A stretch of DNA of 64,000 nucleotides from Burkholderiales bacterium (GTDB taxonomy: Bacteria; Pseudomonadota; Gammaproteobacteria; Burkholderiales; SG8-39): positions 61,943 through 125,942 of the forward strand of contig JBIOYV010000111.1 in assembly GCA_044870335.1 (NCBI GenBank), given 5' to 3'. This document shows positions 1 through 8,156 of the stretch, in pieces. How positions within the stretch are numbered: the first letter of the stretch is position 1; every line of letters begins with the position of its first letter. The position numbers were made by a program, and so were the translations under genes. Below the pieces are notes generated by a model, which was not told where the DNA came from, searched no databases, and was given only the letters and a program-made list of their open reading frames with translations.

Positions 1-611
1 ACGACCGCCTGGTGCTGTTCCAGGAGTCGGCGCTGTTCCCGTGGATGACCACGTGGGACAACATCCTTTACGGGCCGCGCGCGCGCGGCGAGGTCAGCCG
101 GCAGACGCGCGAGCTGGCGGAATTCCTGCTCAACAAGGTCGGGCTCAAGGACTTCCGCAAGAAATACCCGACGCAGCTCTCCGGCGGCATGCAGCGGCGC
201 GCGGAGCTTGCGCGCGCCATGATCAACAATCCCGCGGTGATGATCCTGGACGAGCCTTTTCGCGGCCTCGACGCGATGACCAAGGCGCTGATGTGGGAGT
301 ACTACTCGGCGCTGTTCGAGGAGACGCGCCGCACCAACTTCTTCGTCACCACCGACATCGACGAGGCGATCTTTCTCGCGGATCGGCTGCTCATCATGTC
401 CCACATTCCGACGCAGGTGCGGGCGGTGATCGAAATCGACGTGCCGCGCCCGCGCACCCAGCTCGACCTGGTGGAGAACGACCGCGCCAACGAGATCAAG
501 ATGCAGGCGCTGTCGATCCTGCACGAGGAAGCAATGAAGTCGTTCGCGCGCGGCAGCAAGGCGGCCGCCGACTTTGTCGAGGCCTACTCGAAGCGCGTGA
601 GCAAGATCTGA
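1..611 (+). CDS. ABC transporter ATP-binding protein, NitT/TauT (nitrate/sulfonate/bicarbonate) type. 5' end lies outside the window.
   Basis: ORF 12..611 shows the ABC signature LSGGMQRR and the Walker B motif ILDEP. Walker A must lie upstream of the window. The frame is open from position 3. Confidence 0.85.
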   Translation, partial: DRLVLFQESALFPWMTTWDNILYGPRARGEVSRQTRELAEFLLNKVGLKDFRKKYPTQLSGGMQRRAELARAMINNPAVMILDEPFRGLDAMTKALMWEYYSALFEETRRTNFFVTTDIDEAIFLADRLLIMSHIPTQVRAVIEIDVPRPRTQLDLVENDRANEIKMQALSILHEEAMKSFARGSKAAADFVEAYSKRVSKI

Positions 612-616
612 GCGCC

Positions 617-814
617 ATGGACTGGCTGCTGACGCGCGAGGCGGTGATTGCGCTCGCCGTGCTTGGCGCCATCGCCTCCACCGCGGCCAGCGCGCTGCAC
701 GTGCGCGGGATGCTCAGCGCGCTGCGCGCCCGCCAGCTGAATCTGCTCGGCTACGTGCTGATGGGGATCAGCATGGCGCTTTTCATCGTGGCCGGGTATC
801 GAGCTGCGGCCTGA
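617..814 (+). CDS. small two-helix membrane protein (65 aa), hypothetical
   Basis: ATG at 617, 5 nt after the ABC gene stop. Very high GC3 in this frame. Two hydrophobic helices. It is the end part of ORF 41..814. Confidence 0.45.
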   Translation: MDWLLTREAVIALAVLGAIASTAASALHVRGMLSALRARQLNLLGYVLMGISMALFIVAGYRAAA

Positions 815-816
815 AG

Positions 817-1707
817 TCACAGCGGATCCGCGCGTGGGCGGCGGCGCTCGGCGTCGTAGAAAGGCAGGGAGGTAGCGCGCGCGAGACGGCCGTCCTCCAG
901 GCGCAGCTCGCTCCCCGGCTGCAGGGACTGCGGTGGCGCGAACCCGAGTGCGATTCTCTTCTCCAGCAACGGCGAGAAGCACTCGCTGGTGACACGCGCG
1001 ACGGGCAGGGCGGCCGGCGCGGGTGCGCCGACGATTTCCAGGCCCACCAGCCTTTGCCGCATCTCGAAATCTCTCCGCTCGTTGACGAGCCGCTCGAGGC
1101 CGAGCTCGCGCGGGTTGGCTCGGCCGTCGATCTCGCGGTCGAAGAGCACGTAGCCCGCCTCCATGCGCAGGCTGTCGGCGGCGGCCCAGCCGCATTCGCT
1201 CAGCCCGTCGATGCCGCCCGCTTCGAACAGCCGCTCGCGCAACGCCCCGGCCCCGGCGGCAGGCACCAGAAGCTCGTAGCCGAGCTCGCCGCTGTAGCCG
1301 ATCCGGCCCACCGTCATTCCGTCGAAAGCACCGAAGTGGAAATAACGCAGTGAAAGAACGGCATCCTTGCCGATCAGTCGCGCGAGGATGCGGCCGCTCG
1401 CAGGCCCCTGAAGCGCGAGGATCGCGAACGCACCCGACACATCGCGGCCGCCGTAGGCGGCGCGGCGCCCCACGAACAGCCAGAAGCGCTCTTGGCCGAG
1501 GCGCCAGACCGTCGCGTCGATGAGGACCGCGCCGTCGTCCTTGAGGAGCAGCGTGTATGCTATCTGTCCGAGTTTGAGTTTCTCCAGATCGCGGGTCTGC
1601 AGACCCTTTAGCCCCGAGCCTCCGGAAAATTCGTACAAACCCATGAAGGAAAAATCGAACAGGCCCGCGGCGCGGCGCGTGGCGAGGTGCTCGTCCGCGG
1701 CGCTCAC
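817..1707 (-). CDS. GcvT-like folate-binding aminomethyltransferase family protein (297 aa)
   Basis: The motif AGLFDFSFMG matches the GcvT N-terminal motif (GMFDVSHM). Internal GTG start at 1707 overlaps the TGA of the upstream TauE gene (GTGA). The longer 468-aa ORF has an Arg-rich spurious N-terminus. Confidence 0.75.
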   Translation of the reverse strand: MSAADEHLATRRAAGLFDFSFMGLYEFSGGSGLKGLQTRDLEKLKLGQIAYTLLLKDDGAVLIDATVWRLGQERFWLFVGRRAAYGGRDVSGAFAILALQGPASGRILARLIGKDAVLSLRYFHFGAFDGMTVGRIGYSGELGYELLVPAAGAGALRERLFEAGGIDGLSECGWAAADSLRMEAGYVLFDREIDGRANPRELGLERLVNERRDFEMRQRLVGLEIVGAPAPAALPVARVTSECFSPLLEKRIALGFAPPQSLQPGSELRLEDGRLARATSLPFYDAERRRPRADPL

Positions 1708-2591
1708 AGCGTGCGCAGCAGGAGAAGCCCGCCGGTCAGGACGCACAGAATACCGGCGAGCCGGCGCAGGACGAGCGGGCTCGCAAGGTGCGCCAGGCGC
1801 ACGCCGACGACGAGACCGAGGAGCTCGAATACCGTGATGACAGCCGCCGTGTTCCAGTCGATGAACCCGTGCCGCAGGTTCGAGACGGAGCCCGAAGTCG
1901 CGGCCACGATCTGCAGCACCTGGCTCGTGGCCACCGCCGCGAGCGGCACGTAGCGCAGGATCACCATCAGCGGCACGGAGAAGAGCGGCCCCCCGGCCCC
2001 GGAGAAGCCCGAGCCGAAGCCCGCCGCGGCGCCGATCGAGGCAAGCAGCCATTTTTCGGCGCGGCCCCGGCCGTCGCGGGACCGCAAGCCCGGTTTTACC
2101 GGGAAGAGCACGTAGAACCCCGCGGCGACGATCACCAGCGCGATGACGATGGCGAGCGGGCGGGGATCGACCAGAGCGGCGGCGGCGGCACCGCAGAAGC
2201 CGAAGAAGAGCGCGGCGGCGCATACGGGCAGCGTGATGTTCCAGTCGATGCTGCCACGTCGTTGATACAGAAAGCTGCCGACGATGCCGGTGAAAAGGAA
2301 GCTGAAGAGCGAGGTCGCCGCCGCCTCGTGGATGGTGAGCCCGCCAAAGAGCGCCAGGAACGAAACCATCAGCACGCCGCCGACGCCGACCGTGCCGATG
2401 AGCAGGCCGACGAACGCGGCCACCGCCGCAAGGAGCAGGATCGAGCTCAGCCGGCGGCGAAGGCGACGAGCTCGCTCGTAAGCAGCACGGCGAGCTTCTT
2501 CATCAGGGCATAGCCGAGGCCAGGGTCGCCTTCCATGAGTCGGTTGAGCGCCGCGCCGTCGATGGCGACGACTTCGCACGCGGTGAGGCAA
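1704..2591 (-). CDS. sulfite exporter TauE/SafE family membrane protein. Start codon uncertain.
   Basis: Multi-TM protein with GxGGG-like repeats typical of TauE/SafE. The first ~47 aa of the ORF are Arg-rich and overlap the upstream cNMP gene, so the real start probably lies near 2450. Confidence 0.7.
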   Translation of the reverse strand: MPHRVRSRRHRRRGAQPTHGRRPWPRLCPDEEARRAAYERARRLRRRLSSILLLAAVAAFVGLLIGTVGVGGVLMVSFLALFGGLTIHEAAATSLFSFLFTGIVGSFLYQRRGSIDWNITLPVCAAALFFGFCGAAAAALVDPRPLAIVIALVIVAAGFYVLFPVKPGLRSRDGRGRAEKWLLASIGAAAGFGSGFSGAGGPLFSVPLMVILRYVPLAAVATSQVLQIVAATSGSVSNLRHGFIDWNTAAVITVFELLGLVVGVRLAHLASPLVLRRLAGILCVLTGGLLLLRTL

Positions 2592-2899
2592 TAGGCGGTG
2601 GCGATGCGGCGCGCGTGGCCCTCGACCAGCGGCGCCCAGCCGAACACGTCGCCGCGGCGGATGATGTCCCCGGCCGAGGTTTCGCGCTTGCCCAGGCCGA
2701 GGGTGAACCGCACCATGCCGTCGGCGAGGACGTAGAAATCGTCGACCGCGTCGCCCACGGTGTAGATGCGCGTGTCCTGCGGGAAGAAGCGGCCGCGGCC
2801 AAGCGTCGCAACGCGTTCGAGTTGCGCCTTGTCGAGGCCGGAAAAGAAGCGCGCCCGGTCCAGGACACCCGCGGCGTCGAAGGACGTTTCTGCGCTCAA
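2447..2899 (-). CDS. cyclic-nucleotide-binding domain protein (150 aa)
   Basis: Single cNMP-binding fold (FFSGL...GDxFG...RxA). TTG start at 2899 overlaps the PanB-like stop (TTGA). It forms the C-terminal part of the artefactual 737-aa ORF 2447..4660. Confidence 0.7.
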   Translation of the reverse strand: MSAETSFDAAGVLDRARFFSGLDKAQLERVATLGRGRFFPQDTRIYTVGDAVDDFYVLADGMVRFTLGLGKRETSAGDIIRRGDVFGWAPLVEGHARRIATAYCLTACEVVAIDGAALNRLMEGDPGLGYALMKKLAVLLTSELVAFAAG

Positions 2900-3798
2900 C
2901 CGGTGTTCGCGGCGCGGCGCGGGCTCTTGCCCGCCATCTGCCTGAACTTGGCGAGCTCGTCTTCCTTCATGAAGACGGTGTGCTCGGTTCCCGGGTATTT
3001 GCGCTCGCGCACGTCGTCGCGGTAGTCGGACAGACCCTTCTCGATGATCGGCACCAGGTCGACGTAGATCTTGGAGTGGCGCGGCACGTGCGCCTCGTAC
3101 AGGTGGAACAGGTCCGAGCCGATGATGTGCACGCCGTGCGCGCGGTTGCCGGCGCCGAGCGAGATCACGGGTACGGGAAGGGTTTCGGCGAGGTATTCGC
3201 AGACCTCGGAGGTCGTGACCTCGCACATGATGGAGAAGCAGCCGGCGTCGACCATCGCCCAGGCGTCGTCGACCAGCTCCTTGGCGCGGTCGGCGGTCTT
3301 GCCCTGGGCGAAGAAGCCGCCGAGCTGCGGCATGCGCATCGGCGTGATGCCGATGTGGCCCTGCACCGGGATGCCGGCCTTGATGATCGCCTCGATGTAC
3401 TTCGCGTGATGCTGGTTGCCTTCGCACTTCATCACCTCGGCGCCGCCCTGCGACACGTACTTGGCGGCGTTGTCCACCGCCTGCTGCGCCGACAGGTGAA
3501 AGCTCATGTAGGGCATGTCGACCATGCGCAGGCCGTACTTGGAGCCGCGCTTCACCGCCTGCGCCATGAACATGACTTCCTCGAAAGACACCGAGGTGGT
3601 GGTCTCGTGGCCGAAGAGCACCATGCCGCCGGTGTCGGACACGCACAGGATGTCGATGCCGACGCGGTCGGCGATGATCGCGGTCTCGTAGTCGTACACG
3701 GCGAGCTGCACGATCGGCTCGCCTTTCTTCATCTTCTCCACCAGCATCGGGATGGTGACCTTCTTGCGCGCGGGCTGCGCGGGCTTGGCATCGGCCAT
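2896..3798 (-). CDS. panB: 3-methyl-2-oxobutanoate hydroxymethyltransferase (PanB/KPHMT) family protein with a C-terminal extension
   Basis: Strong PanB-like sequence (VYDYETA..., GHIGITPM, MCEV). RBS GGAGG sits 9 nt before the ATG at 3798. Confidence 0.8.
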   Translation of the reverse strand: MADAKPAQPARKKVTIPMLVEKMKKGEPIVQLAVYDYETAIIADRVGIDILCVSDTGGMVLFGHETTTSVSFEEVMFMAQAVKRGSKYGLRMVDMPYMSFHLSAQQAVDNAAKYVSQGGAEVMKCEGNQHHAKYIEAIIKAGIPVQGHIGITPMRMPQLGGFFAQGKTADRAKELVDDAWAMVDAGCFSIMCEVTTSEVCEYLAETLPVPVISLGAGNRAHGVHIIGSDLFHLYEAHVPRHSKIYVDLVPIIEKGLSDYRDDVRERKYPGTEHTVFMKEDELAKFRQMAGKSPRRAANTG

Positions 3799-3882
3799 GG
3801 ATGACATTCCTCCTCTGACGAATCGCTTGGATAGCAAGAACGAGGCGCGAATGCAAGCGGGGATGTTTCTCCAGGAAACGCC

Positions 3883-4428
3883 TCAGCTCAGGTTTCGGCG
3901 GCTGCGTTTCAATCCCCATTGCCGGCGCCGCATCCACAGCGCCTTGCGGCCGATGCCGAGCATGCGCGCGAGCTCGATCTCGCTGTGCGAGTCCTGGAAG
4001 CGCTCGACCACCTCGCGGATGTAGTCCTCGATCGCGAGCGGACGTCCGCCCGTCAGCGGCATGCGGCGCTGGGCGAGCGCGCGCGCCACCGCGCGCAGGA
4101 ACTCGTCGTTGTTGAACGGCTTCATCACATAGTCGACCGCGCCGCCGCGCAGCGCGGCGATCGCGCTCTCGATCGACGAGTAGCTGGTGATCATGATGAT
4201 CGGCAGCCGAGGCCTGCGGGCGCGGACCGCGGCGATGACCTCGAGGCCGGTGCCGTCGGGCAGCTTGAGATCCGTGATCACGAGGTCCGGCTCGGCGGCG
4301 TCGACGCGGGTCCTCGCTTCCTTCGCGCTGCCCGCGCGCTGCACGGCATAGCCCTCGCGCTCGAGGAGCAGGCCGACCACCTCGGACACGCCGGGATCGT
4401 CTTCGATGAGCAGGACGCGCTCGTTCAT
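3883..4428 (-). CDS. response regulator: REC domain plus C-terminal Fis-type HTH, with no sigma54 AAA domain
   Basis: D-box LLIEDD, DLKLPDG and a C-terminal HTH. ATGA overlap with the kinase gene upstream. Confidence 0.85.
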   Translation of the reverse strand: MNERVLLIEDDPGVSEVVGLLLEREGYAVQRAGSAKEARTRVDAAEPDLVITDLKLPDGTGLEVIAAVRARRPRLPIIMITSYSSIESAIAALRGGAVDYVMKPFNNDEFLRAVARALAQRRMPLTGGRPLAIEDYIREVVERFQDSHSEIELARMLGIGRKALWMRRRQWGLKRSRRNLS

Positions 4429-5114
4429 ATCGGAAGCGCGATCTCGAAGCGCGCCCCGCCCTGCGGATGGTTCGCGGCGCGGATGCTGCCGCCGAGCTCG
4501 TGCACGATCTCGTAGCTGATCGCGAGGCCGAGCCCGATGCCCTCGCCGGGCTGCTTGGTGGTGAAGAACGGCTCGAACACGCGCTCGAGGTGCTCCGGCA
4601 CGATTCCGGGGCCGGCATCGCGGATCGCGAGCACGACCTCGCGGCCGTCGCGGCGAGCATGCGCTTCGATGCTGCCGCTCCCCTGCATCGCCTGCGCCGC
4701 GTTCAGGAAGATGTTGAGCACCACCTGCTCGAGCTCGCCGGGGCGCGACAGCACCGTGACGCCCGGCGCGCCCTGGTATTTCACCTCTACGGTCTGGCCG
4801 CAGGGACTGTGGCGCAGCAGCGCTTCGGCCGCATGCACGGCATCGTCTACGGCGAGCGGCTCGGCGTCACCCTGCACGCGCGAATAGTGGCCGAGCTTCC
4901 TGGTGATCGCGACGACGCGCGCGACGTTCGCGGCGATCGAGGCGAGGCCCTTTTCCATCGTCTCGGGCGTGACGCCGCGCCTGGACTGCAGGATCTGCAG
5001 CATCGACGACACTGCGGCGAGCGGGTTCGACACTTCGTGGCACACGGCGGCGAGCATGAAGCCGAGCGAGGCGAGGCGCTGGGTCTGTGCAGGGATCGGG
5101 TTCTCGTCGTTCAT
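4425..5114 (-). CDS. cytoplasmic sensor histidine kinase (HisKA + HATPase_c, no TM segment; 230 aa)
   Basis: H-box CHEVSNPL and N/G-boxes (NAAQAM, GIGLGL). ATG at 5114 is preceded by GAGGGGGG and overlaps the MFS gene stop (ATGA). Confidence 0.85.
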   Translation of the reverse strand: MNDENPIPAQTQRLASLGFMLAAVCHEVSNPLAAVSSMLQILQSRRGVTPETMEKGLASIAANVARVVAITRKLGHYSRVQGDAEPLAVDDAVHAAEALLRHSPCGQTVEVKYQGAPGVTVLSRPGELEQVVLNIFLNAAQAMQGSGSIEAHARRDGREVVLAIRDAGPGIVPEHLERVFEPFFTTKQPGEGIGLGLAISYEIVHELGGSIRAANHPQGGARFEIALPI

Positions 5115-6310
5115 GTCGCCCCCCTCAGCGCGGGTCGCGCGATCGCGCGCTCGTCGATCGGGACGCAGAGCGCCGCCGCCGCGATCGAAAGCGCGATCGA
5201 CGTGAGCCAGATGAGCTCGTAGGAGCCGGTGAGATCGTAGGCCGCGCCGCCCGCCCAGGCGCCGACGAACGCGCCGAGCTGGTGGCCGAGGAACGAGATC
5301 GAGAACAGCGTCGAGAGGTACTTCACGCCGAAAATCTGTGCCACCAGCGAGTTGGTGAGCGGCACGGTGGCGAGCCAGGTGACGCCGAGCACCGCCGCGA
5401 AGAGGTAGGTGCCTGCGGCGGAAAACGGCGCGGCGAGGTACAGGGAAATGGCGATGGCTCGGATGACATAAAGCCACGTCAGGATCCATTTCTTACTGTA
5501 GCGGCCGCCCAATGCCCCTGCCACGGAGGAGCCGACGATATTGAAGAACCCGATCGTCGCGAGCGCGGTCATCCCCTGCGTCGGCGTGAGGCCGCGGTCG
5601 ACCGCGTAGGCCGGCAGGTGCGTCATCACGAAGATCGTCTGGAAGCCGCAGACGAAGAAGCTGCCGGTGAGGAGCCAGAAGCCGCGGTGATGTATCGCCT
5701 CGGCGAGGGCCTCGCCGATCGACTGCTCGCTCTCGTGCGCCGCGGGATTGCGCCCGCCCAGCGCGGCGCCGAGCGGGATGATCAGGAACGCAGCCGCGCC
5801 CAGCACGACCAGGGCGTTGACCCAGCCGAGGCCTGAAATGAGCGCCTGGCCGCCGGGCAGCATGGCGAACTGGCCGATCGAGCCGCAGGCGCCGGTGATG
5901 CCCACGGCGAAGCTGCGGCTCTCCGGCGGAAAGGCCCGCGCGACGACCGCGAGGACCACGCCGAAGCCGGTGCATGCGAGGCCCAGCCCGATGAGCAGGC
6001 CCGCCGTGGCGTTGAGCTCGAGCGGCGTGGCCGAGTGCGCCATCGCGATGAGCCCCAGCCCGTAGGCGAGGCCGCCGAGCGACAGGACGCGGCCGGCGCC
6101 GTAGCGGTCGGCGATCGCCCCGGCGAGCGGCATGCCGAGGCCCCACACCAGGTTCTGCAGCGCGATTGCGAAGGAGAACACCTCGCGTCCGCAGCCGAGG
6201 TCGATCGTCATCGGCCGCAGGAACAGGCCGAAGCTCTGGCGCGTGCCGAGCGCGAGCATCAGGATGAGGCCTCCGCAGACGAGGATCCCCGCAGGCGAGC
6301 GCCAACGCAT
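5111..6310 (-). CDS. MFS transporter (oxalate/formate-antiporter-like)
   Basis: 399 aa with 12 predicted TM helices. First gene of the coupled minus-strand operon. Confidence 0.85.
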   Translation of the reverse strand: MRWRSPAGILVCGGLILMLALGTRQSFGLFLRPMTIDLGCGREVFSFAIALQNLVWGLGMPLAGAIADRYGAGRVLSLGGLAYGLGLIAMAHSATPLELNATAGLLIGLGLACTGFGVVLAVVARAFPPESRSFAVGITGACGSIGQFAMLPGGQALISGLGWVNALVVLGAAAFLIIPLGAALGGRNPAAHESEQSIGEALAEAIHHRGFWLLTGSFFVCGFQTIFVMTHLPAYAVDRGLTPTQGMTALATIGFFNIVGSSVAGALGGRYSKKWILTWLYVIRAIAISLYLAAPFSAAGTYLFAAVLGVTWLATVPLTNSLVAQIFGVKYLSTLFSISFLGHQLGAFVGAWAGGAAYDLTGSYELIWLTSIALSIAAAALCVPIDERAIARPALRGAT

Positions 6311-6331
6311 GCGCTAGTATGTATCTCACGG

Positions 6332-6844
6332 ATGAAGCTTTGCATAGTGTCCGACAGCCACGATCGCGCCGACGCCCTCGCGGACGCGGTGCGCGCGGCC
6401 GCGGCGAAAGGCGCGCAGGCGGTGATCCACTGCGGCGATGTCATCGGCACGCAGACCTTGCGCGGCGCCATGGCGGTCGGCCTGCCGATGCACGTCATCC
6501 ACGGCAACAACCTCGGCGACCCCGTGTCGCTCTCGCGCTGGGCGCGCGACAGCGACGGCCGGCTCCAGTACCACGGCCCCGACGCGCGGCTCGACCTCGG
6601 CGGACGCCGGATCTTCGTCGTGCACTATCCGGAATACGGCTACGCCATGGCGTGCACCGGGGACTGGGATCTCGTCTGCTGCGGCCATTCGCACCAGGCA
6701 GGCATCGAGCAAATCCTCAATGTGAAGAGCGGCAAGACATGGTTGGTGAACCCCGGTACGGTGGCGGGGCTCGCCGCACCGGCGACCTGGGTGCTCGGCG
6801 ATCTTGCTGCAATGCACTTCGAGCGGCATTCGCTCGCTCTATAG
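6332..6844 (+). CDS. metallophosphoesterase (YfcE/MJ0936-like phosphodiesterase; 170 aa)
   Basis: MKLCIVSDSH...GD, GHSH and GNHD-like motifs. Internal ATG at 6332 within ORF 6035..6844. Confidence 0.8.
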   Translation: MKLCIVSDSHDRADALADAVRAAAAKGAQAVIHCGDVIGTQTLRGAMAVGLPMHVIHGNNLGDPVSLSRWARDSDGRLQYHGPDARLDLGGRRIFVVHYPEYGYAMACTGDWDLVCCGHSHQAGIEQILNVKSGKTWLVNPGTVAGLAAPATWVLGDLAAMHFERHSLAL

Positions 6845-6909
6845 CCGCATAGCTCGTTTTTAGCGGTTTGTCCTGTCCGCCCTCTTAGAATCGGCGCGAG
6901 GAGGATGCG

Positions 6910-7680
6910 ATGTTTGCAATCAATCCGTTCGCCGCGCTGTCGGCGACGATACCCCCTGCCGCCATGCAGGCCTACGTCGTGGCCATGGTCGCTCTGGTCG
7001 CCGCGGGTACGCTGTTCGACATCGTGCACAAGGGCAGCGCCCGGTATTTCTTCGACAACTGGCGCCGCTCGAAGGCGAGGGCGCGGAGCGAGCTCAGCGG
7101 CGGCGAGCTGGCGTCGATCGCAGTCCAGAGCGCCGTGGTGGATGTCCTCGCGTCCGGGGAATTCTGCAGCGCGCGCCGCCGCATCGCCCATCTGCTGACC
7201 ATGTACGGCTTCCTGATCCACGTGATCTCCACCGTCGTGATGGTGTTCAACTATTCGACGGCTTCCATCTGGCCGCACCTCTGGTGGATCGGGGGCGTCA
7301 TGGTCTGTATCGGCGGCTACTGGTTCTGGTTCTTCATCCGCGCCGACGTCGCCGCCGAAGGGAACTCGCCGCTCCGCATCATGCGCGCGGACTTGTTCAT
7401 CCTGTCGCTCCTGGCCAGCGTCACGCTCGGGCTCATCTGGGCGTGGGCGCAGGCGCGCGGCAGTACCGGGTCCCATGTTTGGTTTGCTCTTTACATCATC
7501 GCAACGACGCTGCTCTTCGGCTCGGTGCCGTGGTCGAAGTTCGCCCACATGTTCTTCAAGCCGGCGGCGGCGTTCGAAAAGAGGGTCTCGCACGCGAACG
7601 GCACGCGGAGCAATCTGCCTGGGCCCGCCGACAAGCCGGAGCAGTTCGGTAGCGCACGCACCGCGCCGCGCCACTACTGA
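6910..7680 (+). CDS. aprM: putative adenylylsulfate reductase membrane anchor AprM
   Basis: Polytopic membrane protein lying immediately upstream of aprBA. This arrangement is known from sulfur-oxidising proteobacteria. RBS GAGGAGG precedes the start. Confidence 0.6.
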   Translation: MFAINPFAALSATIPPAAMQAYVVAMVALVAAGTLFDIVHKGSARYFFDNWRRSKARARSELSGGELASIAVQSAVVDVLASGEFCSARRRIAHLLTMYGFLIHVISTVVMVFNYSTASIWPHLWWIGGVMVCIGGYWFWFFIRADVAAEGNSPLRIMRADLFILSLLASVTLGLIWAWAQARGSTGSHVWFALYIIATTLLFGSVPWSKFAHMFFKPAAAFEKRVSHANGTRSNLPGPADKPEQFGSARTAPRHY

Positions 7681-7691
7681 GGGGATTCGAA

Positions 7692-8156
7692 ATGCCTACT
7701 TTCGTCTACATGACCCGCTGCGACGGCTGCGGGCACTGCGTCGACATCTGCCCCTCCGACATCATGCACGTCGACAAGACCTATCGGCGCGCCTACAACA
7801 TCGAGCCGAACATGTGCTGGGAGTGCTACTCCTGCGTGAAGGCCTGTCCGCAGAACGCCATCGATGTCCGCGGCTACGCCGACTTCGCCCCCTTGGGGCA
7901 CAGTGTCCGGGTGCTTCGGGAAGAGGCAAAGGCGACCGTTTCATGGCGGCTCAAGTTCCGGGACGGCCGCGAGAAGAACTTCGTATCCCCGATCCGCACC
8001 ACGGCCTGGGGATCGATCAAAGGTCCGGCGGAATACGACGCGCCGCGCGCCGAGGATTTCGCGAGCCAGGAGCTCGCGCACGAGCCGACCTCGCTCAAGA
8101 TCGACGGCGGATTGCCGACGCTGCGCGCCGGCCGGCTCAAGCCCGGAGTCCTTTGA
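7692..8156 (+). CDS. aprB: adenylylsulfate reductase beta subunit
   Basis: N-terminus MPTFVYMTRCDGCGHCVDICP plus a second CxxCxxC ferredoxin motif. Classic AprB. Confidence 0.9.
   Translation: MPTFVYMTRCDGCGHCVDICPSDIMHVDKTYRRAYNIEPNMCWECYSCVKACPQNAIDVRGYADFAPLGHSVRVLREEAKATVSWRLKFRDGREKNFVSPIRTTAWGSIKGPAEYDAPRAEDFASQELAHEPTSLKIDGGLPTLRAGRLKPGVL

Noticed and set aside
817-2223. Full 468-aa version of the GcvT-like ORF
   Set aside because: The N-terminal 172 aa are Arg-rich and overlap the TauE gene. Motif alignment to GcvT places the start at the internal GTG at 1707.
2447-4660. 737-aa ORF on the minus strand
   Set aside because: Arg/Ala-rich low-complexity translation overlapping the real PanB-like, response-regulator and kinase genes. 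Only its last 150 codons (the cNMP-binding protein) are genuine. A typical GC-rich spurious ORF.
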